From Candidatus Latescibacterota bacterium (GTDB lineage Bacteria; Latescibacterota; UBA2968; UBA8231), in assembly GCA_965197905.1 (NCBI GenBank), contig CBDAOB010000003.1, positions 384,001 through 448,000 on the forward strand: a stretch of 64,000 bases of DNA. Direction: 5' to 3'. Positions 9,865 to 20,477 of this stretch are shown one piece after another; the stretch's first letter is position 1, and each line of letters starts with the position of its first letter. A program made the translations under genes and the position numbers. A model generated the notes under the pieces. The model ran no database searches and was not told the origin of the DNA. It saw nothing but the letters and a program-made list of their open reading frames with translations.

Positions 9865-11397
9865 ATGCCAGCGCTTCGTAGAGTCCTCATGTCGGCAGTT
9901 CTCCTGCTCGCGGTTTTCAATGCTGGCGCCAAGGATCTGCGGACCAAAGAGCAGCGCCTGTACGATATTCAGCTGCGCAAATCCCAGTGGAAGGTGGACA
10001 ACGCCAGGCTCGACATGGAAATCAAGTTGAGCGACTACGAAGAGATCCAAGATCTCTTTAACCAGAAGATCGGCACCCTGGACGGCTTGAACGAAGCGCG
10101 ACGCAAATCGCAGCAGGCCAGGCTGAAATACGACCATGCCGTCATCGACCTGGAGTCCAGACGCCTCTCCTTCCTGCGCGACGCCACCCACATTTCGATC
10201 ATAGAGGCCAAGAAGTACAAAACGCCTGAAGGATACCGAAAGGTAGAGATCACCCTCGAAAACGCGTCCAATCTCAATCAGGCAGCCTCCCTCAATCCGG
10301 ACAAGAGCCTCGATCAGGTGCGCGACCTGCTGGAGATCCAGAACGTACAGGTCTCCTTGCGCCAGAGGGACAACTTGATCATTGGCGAGCCTTACGAGGT
10401 GCTGGTTCCCTCATTGAAATTGGGCGCCCGGCGCAAGCTCATGTTTCGCCTGTTGAACGACCGAGAATCGGTCAAGCTTTCTCTCACACTTCGCGACAAC
10501 CAACGCAAGGACGTACGCGTAGTTCTGCGCAAGGAGTCGCTGCAGGACATACCCACCATCAACTCGGTCCAGTTCTCCCAAGAGGGTGATCTGAACTCCA
10601 AGGTGGACTTCGATATCATTCTGGAACGGCTCGCGGAAGACGAAAAGACCTTTCGCCTGGCCGTAGTAAATCTGCCGAGTGAAATCGACTTTGCTTTCCT
10701 GGACAAGGCCACCAATGCCAGCTTGACCCAGGTGAAGTTCAGCGAGCAGGTTACCCGTCAGCAATTGGAATTGGAGATTCAGATTCCGGAGAAATTGAGC
10801 CGCCATTTCGTAGATCAGACGGTTGAATTCTACGTTTTCGTGACCGACGCGGAAGGATTCCAGCAGATCAGTAAGCTGAACAAGAAATACGGCACGAAAC
10901 GGATGGAGCTCGAGGATATAAATACGGTGAAGGGCAACAAAGAACGCTTCGAGCTCGTTCCGCGGGGCAAGGGCGCGCTCGAGACCATCATCGCCAACCG
11001 GTATCAGGAAATCAAGGTCGGCGAAGAGGTCACCGTACGCGTCGACTTGCTCAACACCGGGACCCTTGAAGTGGCAGATTCCCACATGATCCTTACAGCA
11101 CCGCTGGATTGGACCTACGAAGTGGTGCCGGACACGATTGCACGGATCATACCTGGCGAAAAGGAACCGGTGAACATAACATTCGTGCCCCCCGAAGAGA
11201 TGGGAGTGGGCGAGTATGGGATTCGTGTCGAAGCTGCCGGTTACGTCGGTGTAGAGAAGGTCGAAGCACCGGAGAAGGACCTGACTATTCGAGTGGAAGC
11301 CCAAGCCAGCGTCATCCGCAACGTCCTGATAATCGGCGCGGTTATCACCCTCGTCGTGGGAGTAGCTGTCGCGAGCATCAAGGTGAGTCGCCGGTGA
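9865..11397 (+). CDS. Paralog of 8345..9862 (coiled coil + NEW3 + C-terminal anchor)
   Basis: Collinear motifs EAKKYKT, LENAS, GEPYE, INSVQFSQEG, IPEKL; ends ASIKVSRR. Confidence 0.75.
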   Translation: MPALRRVLMSAVLLLAVFNAGAKDLRTKEQRLYDIQLRKSQWKVDNARLDMEIKLSDYEEIQDLFNQKIGTLDGLNEARRKSQQARLKYDHAVIDLESRRLSFLRDATHISIIEAKKYKTPEGYRKVEITLENASNLNQAASLNPDKSLDQVRDLLEIQNVQVSLRQRDNLIIGEPYEVLVPSLKLGARRKLMFRLLNDRESVKLSLTLRDNQRKDVRVVLRKESLQDIPTINSVQFSQEGDLNSKVDFDIILERLAEDEKTFRLAVVNLPSEIDFAFLDKATNASLTQVKFSEQVTRQQLELEIQIPEKLSRHFVDQTVEFYVFVTDAEGFQQISKLNKKYGTKRMELEDINTVKGNKERFELVPRGKGALETIIANRYQEIKVGEEVTVRVDLLNTGTLEVADSHMILTAPLDWTYEVVPDTIARIIPGEKEPVNITFVPPEEMGVGEYGIRVEAAGYVGVEKVEAPEKDLTIRVEAQASVIRNVLIIGAVITLVVGVAVASIKVSRR

Positions 11398-11480
11398 GTC
11401 GCCGGTAAGCCGCTTCGTTTAACCGTTGGTTTCTAGTCGGGTACCGAGCTGTCTTCGCTTCCGGTGCCGAGCTAAAAACG

Positions 11481-11495
11481 TTGACATTGTTAACT
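11481..11495 (+). promoter_or_regulatory. Putative operator/-35 motif TTGACATTGTTAACT upstream of the lipoprotein array
   Basis: Identical to the reverse complement of 6805..6819; lies in the 11398-11631 intergenic gap. Confidence 0.6.
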
Positions 11496-11631
11496 TCGCA
11501 GCATAGCTCTGGTAGAGACGGTTTGGTGCCGCAGCAAGCCTGTAAAGCGCAGCCGACCAACCGGAGACCATCAACCGGCTGAAATGTCCTTCATCCCTGG
11601 ATGCAACGCACCCGCACTCTCGGAGCGCAAA

Positions 11632-12993
11632 ATGCGTCATGTCTTACGACGCGTTATTTATGTTCGCTTTTGGAGCGCTGTCCTCATAGCCTCGCCGTGG
11701 CTGGCAGCGTGTGGCACCTCCTACGAAGACAGTATCGACAAACTTAGCGGTGGCCCGGACGAACGCACCATGGGCAAACATGAGCTGTTGTTGGCCAAGG
11801 CCGATGCCATCGATCCGATCATTGCTGCGTTGGAAGGGCCGGATCTCGGACAACGCTCCGATCTCGCCGAGGTAATGGTCAACCTCTCTTTGCGGCTCGA
11901 AGATGACCGGATCGCAGCAGCGCTCAAGAAACATCTTATCGATGACTCCGATTCACAGGTACGTGCGCGAATTGCCGACAGATTAGGGCTGCACATAAAG
12001 GAGGAGTATATCGACGCCTTCATGCGGGCCGTGACCGATCCTTCGCCAAGAGTGCGGGCGCCCGCTTTGGATGCCCTGAGCAACGTGTTGGCGAAGCTGA
12101 GTGAAGAGCAGATTCAGACATTGCGCGAACGGACGGCGCAAAACGCCGTGGATGAGGATCGGGAGGTGCGCGAAGCGGCGCTCTACCTGGTTGAGGAGTT
12201 CGTCGGCCGCTGGGCCCATGACGCCCGCGAGCAAGCATTGAAGGCAAACCTTTCGGCCGCCGACTCGATTTACAACCGGGCCCTGGCGTACGCCCCGACC
12301 AGCAAACAAGCCAACTACTACATGGGCACCTATTGTTACGAGTACGGTGACCGCGAACGGGGGTTGCAGCTACTACGCGAGAGCAGCCTCCTCCTGGACG
12401 TGCCCAGATTCCCTTCACCCCCGACGATTGATGGTCGACTGGACGACCCGATCTGGGGCCATGCCGTCAGGATCGACTCGTTTTACGCCTATGGAAAGTC
12501 CCGCACCAGCCTTCCTCCCTTGGTCTCGAGCCGGGCGTTTGTGGGTTATTCGGATCAATCTCTCTACCTGGGGGTTCACTGTTTCGACGCCCACCCAGAA
12601 AGCCTGGTCGTAAAACCGTTCGACGATGCGAGTTACGGCAACGCGCGCCAGGATCTGGTCGAGCTCTTCTTTGACCGCAACAGGGACCAGACAACCTTCT
12701 CCGTCGTCAAAATCAACACCGACGGATCGGTGAGAGGCGGGAGGAATGATTTCAGCAAGGGCCACACGCGGGATCTTTCGTGGGATCTCGAAGGTGCCGC
12801 GGCTGTTTTTGTCGGGGATGATTTCTGGTCTGTCGAATTGCAGCTCGACTGGGACGCGGAGCAACTTCACCGGCCCGTTCCGGGCGATCTGGCGGGTATG
12901 AATATTCACAGGTTGTTTCGTGCCGTCGAATACAGCCAGCCGTTTCGCGATTATGATGAAAACAGGGCGCCGGGTTATTTACTTTTCGAATAG
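11632..12993 (+). CDS. HEAT-repeat + CBM9/DOMON-like lipoprotein, copy 1
   Basis: GGAG RBS then ATG 11632; lipobox WLAAC; HEAT-like DDSDSQVRARIADRLG; PTIDGRLDDPIW...DDFWSVEL. Confidence 0.8.
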   Translation: MRHVLRRVIYVRFWSAVLIASPWLAACGTSYEDSIDKLSGGPDERTMGKHELLLAKADAIDPIIAALEGPDLGQRSDLAEVMVNLSLRLEDDRIAAALKKHLIDDSDSQVRARIADRLGLHIKEEYIDAFMRAVTDPSPRVRAPALDALSNVLAKLSEEQIQTLRERTAQNAVDEDREVREAALYLVEEFVGRWAHDAREQALKANLSAADSIYNRALAYAPTSKQANYYMGTYCYEYGDRERGLQLLRESSLLLDVPRFPSPPTIDGRLDDPIWGHAVRIDSFYAYGKSRTSLPPLVSSRAFVGYSDQSLYLGVHCFDAHPESLVVKPFDDASYGNARQDLVELFFDRNRDQTTFSVVKINTDGSVRGGRNDFSKGHTRDLSWDLEGAAAVFVGDDFWSVELQLDWDAEQLHRPVPGDLAGMNIHRLFRAVEYSQPFRDYDENRAPGYLLFE

Positions 12994-13058
12994 AACTATT
13001 CACGTGGCCCCGCCACCGGGTTGGCGGTTGCCTCACTATTGCGCTAGGAGATACAGGC

Positions 13059-14423
13059 ATGTTGCTCACACTGATTAATAAAGAGATCGTCGCCAACGTG
13101 CTCAGCTTGCGCTTCATGGTCACCTTCGTGCTGTTCTTCGTGCTGATACAGGTGAGCATTTTCGTTCTGAGCGGTGAATATGGAAGGGATGCTGCGACCT
13201 ACGAAGCCAGTAGATCTGTCCAGCGCGACCATATCAACGTGCTCGAGGGTCTCGAGGATTTCAACAAAAGATTTCACGATGATATCATCTACGGAGAGGG
13301 GATCTACGATTCGGTCCAGCCGCAGCCGTTGAGCATCTTCGTGCACGGACTGGTGAATCAGTTGCCCGTTCAAGTAAACAGTTCCTACGAGAACGACTCG
13401 TTTACGATCAACCTCGAGTTCTACCGCAACCCTCTGCTGTCCCTGTTTGCGACACCGGATTACAGCTACATCGTTAACATAGTCGTCAGTCTGCTCTCTC
13501 TGCTGTTCGTCTTCGATGCGATTTGCGGCGAAAAGGAACGGGGCACGCTCAAGTTGCTCCTGTCCAATTCCGTTCCACGTGATCTCGTACTCCTCGGCAA
13601 GTGGATCGGTGGATTTATCTCACTGGCGGTCCCGTTCCTCGTCGCCCTGTTCGGCGGTCTGATCATGATATACTGGACCGGCGCTATTCAGCTCCACGAG
13701 GAAGTCCTCGTGCGATTCATTTGGATCGCCGGCGTTTCACTGCTCTACGTCCTTTTGTTCTTCGCGCTTGGAATGATGATCTCAACCCTCACCCACAAGG
13801 CATCGACCGCGCTATTGGTCTCGTTGTTCGTGTGGGTTTGCTGGGTCCTCGTTGTCCCGAACCTGGCGCCGGTTGCGGCGCGCATCGTATCGCCGATTCC
13901 GCCCCGCGCTGTCATCGACGCGGAGAAGATCGCCATCCAGCAGGAGGGTGAAGTCAGGGAGAGCATCTTCTGGAAGAGAGGCGCCCTGGACAAAGTGGAA
14001 AAGGTTCGCGACGAGGTGCGGCAGGATCAGCAGTCATTGGAGGTATTCTATGAAACCAAAATGCGGACTCAGATCGAGCTGGCACGGACGCTTTCTCGCA
14101 TCTCTCCATCCGCCAGCTTCACCTACCTTGGCAGTGATCTCGCCAACACCGGGATCGGAATTTTCAGCAACTTCAAAAGATCCTTCCACCGGTTCGACGC
14201 GGAATTCAAGGAATGGGGAGAGGCTTGGGACAAGAAGTTCCACAGTGGTGGACATGATGAAAACTGGTATCAAGAAGAGCAACTGCCGACGATGAACTTC
14301 GCTGCCGCCCGCCTCGACGACACCCTCAATGCCTCCATGGGCGACCTCCTTCTGATGCTGATTTTCAATGTCCTCTTTTTCATGCTTTCCTACCTCTTCT
14401 TCCTGCGCTACGACGTGACCTGA
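13059..14423 (+). CDS. ABC-2-type permease embedded in the lipoprotein array
   Basis: AGGAG RBS; DAICGEKERGTLKLLL; multiple TM segments; close paralog of 3118..4504. Confidence 0.85.
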   Translation: MLLTLINKEIVANVLSLRFMVTFVLFFVLIQVSIFVLSGEYGRDAATYEASRSVQRDHINVLEGLEDFNKRFHDDIIYGEGIYDSVQPQPLSIFVHGLVNQLPVQVNSSYENDSFTINLEFYRNPLLSLFATPDYSYIVNIVVSLLSLLFVFDAICGEKERGTLKLLLSNSVPRDLVLLGKWIGGFISLAVPFLVALFGGLIMIYWTGAIQLHEEVLVRFIWIAGVSLLYVLLFFALGMMISTLTHKASTALLVSLFVWVCWVLVVPNLAPVAARIVSPIPPRAVIDAEKIAIQQEGEVRESIFWKRGALDKVEKVRDEVRQDQQSLEVFYETKMRTQIELARTLSRISPSASFTYLGSDLANTGIGIFSNFKRSFHRFDAEFKEWGEAWDKKFHSGGHDENWYQEEQLPTMNFAAARLDDTLNASMGDLLLMLIFNVLFFMLSYLFFLRYDVT

Positions 14424-14426
14424 TAG

Positions 14427-15782
14427 ATGCGGGGGGAGACACGCTTCGTTGTGAGATGTTGTGTGACCCTTGTGATAGTTATAGGGCTTTCCAGCTGCGG
14501 CCCATCCGTCGAAGACAACATCGAGAATCTCGGCGCCGGTCCAGATGAACGAGCCATGGCAAGGCACGAGCTCATTCTCGCCAAAGAGGGCGCCGTCGAG
14601 CCGATTGTCGCCGCGTTGGAGTCTCGAGATAGCCCCGAGATTCGTCCCGACCTGGCAGAGGTGTTGGTGGATTTGCTGCTGCGCGCGGAAGACGAGCGAA
14701 TCTGGGCCGTACTAGAAAAACATCTCCTCGACGATTCCGACCCAAGAGTGCGTGGCCGCATCGCCGATAAGCTCGGAGCTCGCCTCCGCCCCGAGTATTT
14801 CGACATTTTCCTGCAAGCGGGATCCGATTCTTCGCCCATGGTGCAGGCCCCCATCCTGCAGGCCATGAGCGACGTGCTCAAAAAGCTCAGCGACGAGCAG
14901 ACTCGGACGTTGCATCAGCTCGCCCGCAGAAGCGCAGGATCCGAAGATCGGGAGGTACGCGAAGCAGCCTTGTTCTTGGTGGAGGAGTTCATCGCCAGCT
15001 GGGCAAAAGAAGCGCGCCAGGAAGCTCTGAAAGCGAATCTCTCAAGAGCCGACTCGATCTACAATTTGGCGTTGGCCTACGCACCCACGAGCAAACAGTC
15101 AAACTACTATATGGGTACGTTTTATCTGGAGTACGGGGATCGGGAGCGTGGGCTACAGCTGTTGCGGGAAACCCGCCTGCTGGTCGACGTTCCTCGGTTC
15201 TCGTCGGCTCCACGGATCGATGGTAGGTTAGACGACGAGGTTTGGGAAGGTGCCGGCAGGATAGATTCCTTTTACGTCCATTTCCCCAGAACTCGTACGA
15301 CACTTCAACCCCGGGCTCAATCCAACGGGTTTCTGGGTTACACGGCCGAGGCTCTGTATTGGGGCATTCGCTGCTTCGATGCGCACCCTGAAAGCCTGAT
15401 GGTCACACCACTCGAAGACAAATTTGGCGGCGAGCGCCACGACCGGGTCACCTTCCGGTTCGATCGCAACCTCGACAAAAAGACCCTCTCCTACATGACC
15501 GTAAACAGCGTGGGAGCCGTGAATCATAGCTGGCGTGACTATAGCATCAGCCGCTTCCCCGATTACACCTGGAACGCGCTCGGGAGCGGAGCGGCCCATG
15601 TCGGCGACGACTTCTGGACGGCCGAATTCGAGCTTCGTTGGGACCCGAAATACCACCCCCGGCCCGTTCCTGGTGAGATCTCGGGCATTGACCTTACCCG
15701 GTTGTTCCGCACGGTGGAGTACAGTGAAGCGTTTCGTGGGTATGACGATGTGTATGCATCCGGATACGCCCTCTTTCAATAG
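14427..15782 (+). CDS. HEAT + CBM9-like lipoprotein, copy 2
   Basis: Lipobox LSSC; collinear with the other copies. Confidence 0.8.
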   Translation: MRGETRFVVRCCVTLVIVIGLSSCGPSVEDNIENLGAGPDERAMARHELILAKEGAVEPIVAALESRDSPEIRPDLAEVLVDLLLRAEDERIWAVLEKHLLDDSDPRVRGRIADKLGARLRPEYFDIFLQAGSDSSPMVQAPILQAMSDVLKKLSDEQTRTLHQLARRSAGSEDREVREAALFLVEEFIASWAKEARQEALKANLSRADSIYNLALAYAPTSKQSNYYMGTFYLEYGDRERGLQLLRETRLLVDVPRFSSAPRIDGRLDDEVWEGAGRIDSFYVHFPRTRTTLQPRAQSNGFLGYTAEALYWGIRCFDAHPESLMVTPLEDKFGGERHDRVTFRFDRNLDKKTLSYMTVNSVGAVNHSWRDYSISRFPDYTWNALGSGAAHVGDDFWTAEFELRWDPKYHPRPVPGEISGIDLTRLFRTVEYSEAFRGYDDVYASGYALFQ

Positions 15783-15806
15783 GTTTGCGTCGCGACGAAC
15801 CTGACC

Positions 15807-17195
15807 ATGATCGAACATCCTTGGATTCGCCAGTATCGCGCGACGGTCGCGTCCACACTGAGGAAGCTCTGGGTCGTAGCCGCGTTTTTGTACCTCGCCG
15901 CTTGCGGACCATCCATAGAAGAGAGCATCGAGAAGCTCGGCGCCGGTCCAGACGAGCGAGCCATGGGCAAACACGAGCTGGTTCTGGCCAGGGATCTAGC
16001 CATTGGGCCGATTATCGCCGCGTTGGAGTCGCAGGACAGGAGAGAGGTCCGGCCCGACCTGGCCGACGTATTGGTTAGCATGATGCTGCGCGCGGATGAC
16101 AAACGGATCGAAGCCTCGCTCAAGAAACACCTGCTTGATGATGCGGACCCCCGAGTGCGCGCCCGGATCGCCGATAAACTGGGTCTTCATATGAAATCCG
16201 AGTTTTTTGAGGTATTCCTGCTGGCCGCCTCCGACACATCACCCTCGGTGCGAACTCCCGTACTGAACGCCCTGAGCAACTCGCTTTCCCACCTCTCAGA
16301 CGGGCAGATTGAGACGTTGCACCGGCTCGCCCGCGAAGGCGCGGATGCCGAAGATCGGGACCTTCGCGAAGCCGCCTTATACATAGTGGAGGAGTTCGTC
16401 GCCCGTTGGGCGAAGGATGCCCGCGAGGAAGCCCTCAAGGCGAATCTCTCAAGCGCCGACTCAATCTACAATGTGGCATTGGCCTATGCACCAACGAGCA
16501 AACAGGCAAACTATTATATGGGTACGTTCTACTTCGAATACGGTGACCGCGAGCGCGGGATGCAACTGCTGCGGGAAAACCGCCTGCTGTTCGACCTACC
16601 CAGGTTCGTATCAACACCGCAGATCGACGGCCGGTTGGACGATTCGGTTTGGGAAGGTGCCGCCAGCATTGATTCGTTTTACACGCATTCAGGCGATTCC
16701 CGCACCTCGCTTCAACCCAAGGTTCAGACCCGAGCGCTGATGGGTTACTCTGATGAGGCGCTCTATTGGGGTATGCATTGCTCCGACGCCCATCCGGAGA
16801 GTTTGATCGTCTTGCCATACGGCGACAGCTCCCAACGCAACAGGTACCAGGACATCGTCGAGTTCTTCTTCGATCGCAATCTGGACAGAAAGACCATCTC
16901 GGTGATGAAAGTGAACAGCGCCGGAGTCGTTAGAGATGGCCTGGATGACTACAACATTAGCCGCGAGCGCGATCTTTCCTGGAACGCAAAAGGGGCTGCC
17001 GCCGCTTATGTCGGAGACGACTTCTGGTCGGTCGAATTCGAGCTTCGCTGGGACCGGAAATACCATCCCGTGCCGGTTCCGGGTGAGGTCTCCGGCGTAG
17101 ACTTTCACCGTCTGTTTCGCGCAATCGAGTGGAGCCAGCCGTTTCGCGGATATGACGGTCTCAGAGCAACCGGATACGTGGTCTATCAACAATGA
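15807..17195 (+). CDS. HEAT + CBM9-like lipoprotein, copy 3
   Basis: Lipobox LAAC; collinear with the other copies. Confidence 0.8.
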   Translation: MIEHPWIRQYRATVASTLRKLWVVAAFLYLAACGPSIEESIEKLGAGPDERAMGKHELVLARDLAIGPIIAALESQDRREVRPDLADVLVSMMLRADDKRIEASLKKHLLDDADPRVRARIADKLGLHMKSEFFEVFLLAASDTSPSVRTPVLNALSNSLSHLSDGQIETLHRLAREGADAEDRDLREAALYIVEEFVARWAKDAREEALKANLSSADSIYNVALAYAPTSKQANYYMGTFYFEYGDRERGMQLLRENRLLFDLPRFVSTPQIDGRLDDSVWEGAASIDSFYTHSGDSRTSLQPKVQTRALMGYSDEALYWGMHCSDAHPESLIVLPYGDSSQRNRYQDIVEFFFDRNLDRKTISVMKVNSAGVVRDGLDDYNISRERDLSWNAKGAAAAYVGDDFWSVEFELRWDRKYHPVPVPGEVSGVDFHRLFRAIEWSQPFRGYDGLRATGYVVYQQ

Positions 17196-18580
17196 TCCAT
17201 CACCGGTTGAGTCGCCATCTTCATTTCCGCACAAAAGCAGCGTCGGGGCTGAAGGGTATTTGTGCGGCAACCACGACGGCATACCTTGCCGCCTGCGGTC
17301 CGTCGATCGAGGACAGCATCGACAAGCTCGCTGCCGGTCCCGACGAGCGAGCCATGGGCAAACACGAGCTCATTCTTGCCAAGGATCAAGCCATCGAGCC
17401 GATTATCACCGCGTTGGAGTCGCAGGACAGGGCGGAGGTCCGACCCGATCTGGCCGAGGTACTGGTGAGCATGATGTTGAGATCGGACAACCCGCGGATC
17501 GAAGACGCACTCAAGCATCACCTGCTTGACGATCCCGACCCGAGGGTACGCGGTCGCATCTCCGACAAACTTGGTCTGCACCTGAAATCCGAATTTTTTG
17601 ACGTTTTTCTGCAGGCAGTCGACGACACCTCGCCTACGGTGCAAACCGCAGCTATGCTCGCCCTGGAACCTGTGCTCCACAAGCTAGACGAGGAACAGAC
17701 TCGGACGTTGCGTCAGCTTTCCCGCGAAAACGCAAGAGCCGAAGATCGGGAAGTGCGCGAAGGAGCCTTGTTCTTGGTGGAGGAGTTCGTCGGCGGCTGG
17801 GCAAAGAAAGCCCGCGAGGCAGCTCTCAAAGCTGATCTCTCCAAGGCGGACTCGCTCTACAACGTAGCGTTAGACTACGCGCCAAATAGCAGACAAGCCC
17901 GCTACTACCTGGGAACATTCTACTTCGAGTATGGCGACCGCGAGCGGGCGTTACGATTTCTGCGGGAAAATCGACTCTTGATCGACCTTCCCAGGCTCGC
18001 GTCGGCTCCGAAGATAGACGGCCGGTTGGACGATCAAGCCTGGGAGGGTGCCGTGAGAATCGATTCATTTTACGTCCACGCGGAATCCCGCACCACGCTT
18101 CCGCCGTTGGTCGAATCGTATGCGGTGATGGGCTACTCCGACGAGGCCCTCTATTGGGGTGTGCACTGCTTCGACGCCCATCCGGAGAGCCTGATAGTCA
18201 AGCCGTACGGAGACGACGGTTCGGCTGACGGACGCCAGGACTACGTCATGTTCCGTTTCGATCGCAACCTTGACCGCAAGACGCACGTCCAGGTGGCGGT
18301 AAATAGCGCTGGTGCCTTGAGAGATGGTCGGAGTGACTTCAACAAAAGTCACAGACGCGATTTCACCTGGGATGCCGACGCGACGGCGGCCACCTATGTC
18401 GGAGACGATTTTTGGTCCGTCGAGCTGGAGTTTCGCTGGGAACCGGAATATCATCCCCTACCCGCTCCGGGTGAGATCTCAGGCATTGACATTGTCCGCC
18501 TTTTCCGCTGGACTCAGTGGAGTCAACCGTTTCGCGGGTACGACAATCTCTACGCAACCGGGTACATGGTCTATCAATAG
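17192..18580 (+). CDS. HEAT + CBM9-like lipoprotein, copy 4
   Basis: Lipobox LAAC; ATGA overlap with copy 3. Confidence 0.8.
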   Translation: MIHHRLSRHLHFRTKAASGLKGICAATTTAYLAACGPSIEDSIDKLAAGPDERAMGKHELILAKDQAIEPIITALESQDRAEVRPDLAEVLVSMMLRSDNPRIEDALKHHLLDDPDPRVRGRISDKLGLHLKSEFFDVFLQAVDDTSPTVQTAAMLALEPVLHKLDEEQTRTLRQLSRENARAEDREVREGALFLVEEFVGGWAKKAREAALKADLSKADSLYNVALDYAPNSRQARYYLGTFYFEYGDRERALRFLRENRLLIDLPRLASAPKIDGRLDDQAWEGAVRIDSFYVHAESRTTLPPLVESYAVMGYSDEALYWGVHCFDAHPESLIVKPYGDDGSADGRQDYVMFRFDRNLDRKTHVQVAVNSAGALRDGRSDFNKSHRRDFTWDADATAATYVGDDFWSVELEFRWEPEYHPLPAPGEISGIDIVRLFRWTQWSQPFRGYDNLYATGYMVYQ

Positions 18581-18605
18581 GTTTTCGTCACGACGTAACC
18601 TGACG

Positions 18606-19988
18606 ATGATGATCGAACAACCTTGGATTCCCCATCATCGATTCCGCTCGACAGCCGCTTCCGCGATGAGTGGGATCTGTGTTACGGCTTTATTCCTAGC
18701 CGCCTGCGGACCTTCCGTAGAAGAGAGCATCGCGAAGCTCGGCGCAGGACCTGACGAGCGAGCCATGGGCAAGCACGAGCTCATTCTGTCCAGGGATCTA
18801 GCCATCGAGCCGGTGATCGCCGCGCTGGAAACCCAAGATGTCAAAGAGATTCGTTCCGACTTGACGGAGGTGTTGGTGGCTCTGCTCCTGCGCTCGAAAA
18901 ACATGCGGATCTGGGCCGTGCTCGAGAAGCTCCTGCTTGAGGATCCCGACCCCAAGGTGCGCGGCCGCATTGCCGACAAGCTGGGGCTCCACCTGCGCTC
19001 CGAGTACTTTGACGCTTTCCTGCAGGCGGTTTCCGATACGTCGCCTGCGGTGCACACCCCCGCCCTGCTCGCCCTGGGAAACGTGCTCCATCAGCTGAGT
19101 AACGAACAGACTCGAACCCTGCGCCTGCTCGCCAGGGAACGAGCGAAGTCCGAGGAGCAGGGGGTCCGCGACGCGGCGTTATACCTAGTGGAGGAGTTCG
19201 TCGCCCTCTGGGCAAAACAAGCCAATGAAGAAACCCTGAAAGCGAATCTATCGGAAGCCGACTCCATCTACGGAAAGGCGGTGGCGTACGCACCTACCAG
19301 CAAACAGGCCAACTATTACCTGGGCACGTTCTACTTCGAACACGGCGACCGCCAGCGGGGGCTTCAGCTACTGCGGGAAAACCGCCTGCTAATCGACGTG
19401 CCGAGGTTCGCGTCGACTCCACGGATCGACGGACGGTTGGACGATTTGGTTTGGGAAGGTGCGGCCAGGATAGATTCGTTTTACACGCATTCTCCCGAAT
19501 CACGCACGACGCTTCAACCTATGGTACAGACCCACGCGTTCATGGGTTACTCCGACGACGCGTTTTTTTGGGGCGTTCACTGTTTCGACGCCCACCCCGA
19601 AAGCTTGATCGTTCTGCCTTACGACGATGAGCCAGGCAGCATCTCGAGATACCAGGACCTGGTCGAGTTCTTTTTCGATCGGAACCTGGACAAGAAGACG
19701 ATAGCTGTAATGAAGGTAAACAGCGCGGGAACCGTGCGAGATGGCTTGGATGGTTACAAGGGTCAGCGCGATCACAGCTGGGATGCGGGAGGGTCCGCGG
19801 CCACGTATGTCGGCGACGATTTCTGGTCCGTCGAATTCGAGCTCCGCTGGGACCAGTACAATCCCCGACCCGTTCCCGGTGAGGTCTCCGGCGTAGACTT
19901 TCATCGACTGTTTCGTGCGGCCGAGTGGAGTCAGACCTTTCGCGGATACGACGGTAACGACGTGCCTGGCTATCTACTCTATCAATGA
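18606..19988 (+). CDS. HEAT + CBM9-like lipoprotein, copy 5
   Basis: Start reassigned to ATG 18606/18609 by paralog alignment; lipobox LAAC. Confidence 0.8.
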   Translation: MMIEQPWIPHHRFRSTAASAMSGICVTALFLAACGPSVEESIAKLGAGPDERAMGKHELILSRDLAIEPVIAALETQDVKEIRSDLTEVLVALLLRSKNMRIWAVLEKLLLEDPDPKVRGRIADKLGLHLRSEYFDAFLQAVSDTSPAVHTPALLALGNVLHQLSNEQTRTLRLLARERAKSEEQGVRDAALYLVEEFVALWAKQANEETLKANLSEADSIYGKAVAYAPTSKQANYYLGTFYFEHGDRQRGLQLLRENRLLIDVPRFASTPRIDGRLDDLVWEGAARIDSFYTHSPESRTTLQPMVQTHAFMGYSDDAFFWGVHCFDAHPESLIVLPYDDEPGSISRYQDLVEFFFDRNLDKKTIAVMKVNSAGTVRDGLDGYKGQRDHSWDAGGSAATYVGDDFWSVEFELRWDQYNPRPVPGEVSGVDFHRLFRAAEWSQTFRGYDGNDVPGYLLYQ

Positions 19989-20007
19989 GATCGGCGGTCG
20001 TCTCACA

Positions 20008-20280
20008 ATGATCGAATATCCATTGAATCCCCACCGTGGCCTCCCCGTGATAGTTGCTTCCGCACTGAGGGCGGGTTACATCCCAGCCGTCGCTCTGTGC
20101 CTGGCCGCCTGCGAATCATCTATTGATGACAGTATCAATGATCTTTCCGAGGGCCCCGATGAGCGTGCCGCCGCAAGACACGAGCTCATTTTAGCCTCGG
20201 ACAAAGCCATTGAGCCACTTATCGCCGCGCTGGAATCGCGAGATGACACAAAGGCCCGTGCCGACGTAGCCGATATTTTG
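20008..20280 (+). pseudogene. 5' fragment of a lipoprotein copy, cut by the IS end
   Basis: About 91 codons, nearly identical after the signal peptide to the 5' part of 24491..25861; similarity stops at GATATTTTG|GGGGACTATAC. Confidence 0.8.
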
Positions 20281-20285
20281 GGGGA

Positions 20286-20477
20286 CTATACGTCTGACTT
20301 GACAAAGGGAGAGAGGTTGTCGATCTTCCCTGCGTGACAGGTTGGCTTGCGGAGCAATGCTCGCCCTACGTCGGCGGGCGTTGCTCCTTGGTAGCGTGGG
20401 TTTGGGGACGGAGTGGTCGACCACTCCTCTACTGCCGCGTGGCGCTCCTTCTCCGTGGGCTTGCGCGAGTGAGTCAT
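20286..20477 (-). CDS. Small IS-terminal hypothetical protein (63 aa)
   Basis: Start overlaps the R-M gene stop; its stop codon lies within the putative IS terminus; contains NPRYQGATPADVGRALLR. Confidence 0.4.
   Translation of the reverse strand: MTHSRKPTEKERHAAVEEWSTTPSPNPRYQGATPADVGRALLRKPTCHAGKIDNLSPFVKSDV

Noticed and set aside
11382..11406. 11-bp tandem duplication (GGTGAGTCGCC) at the end of the second NEW3 gene
   Set aside because: Too short and isolated to imply function.
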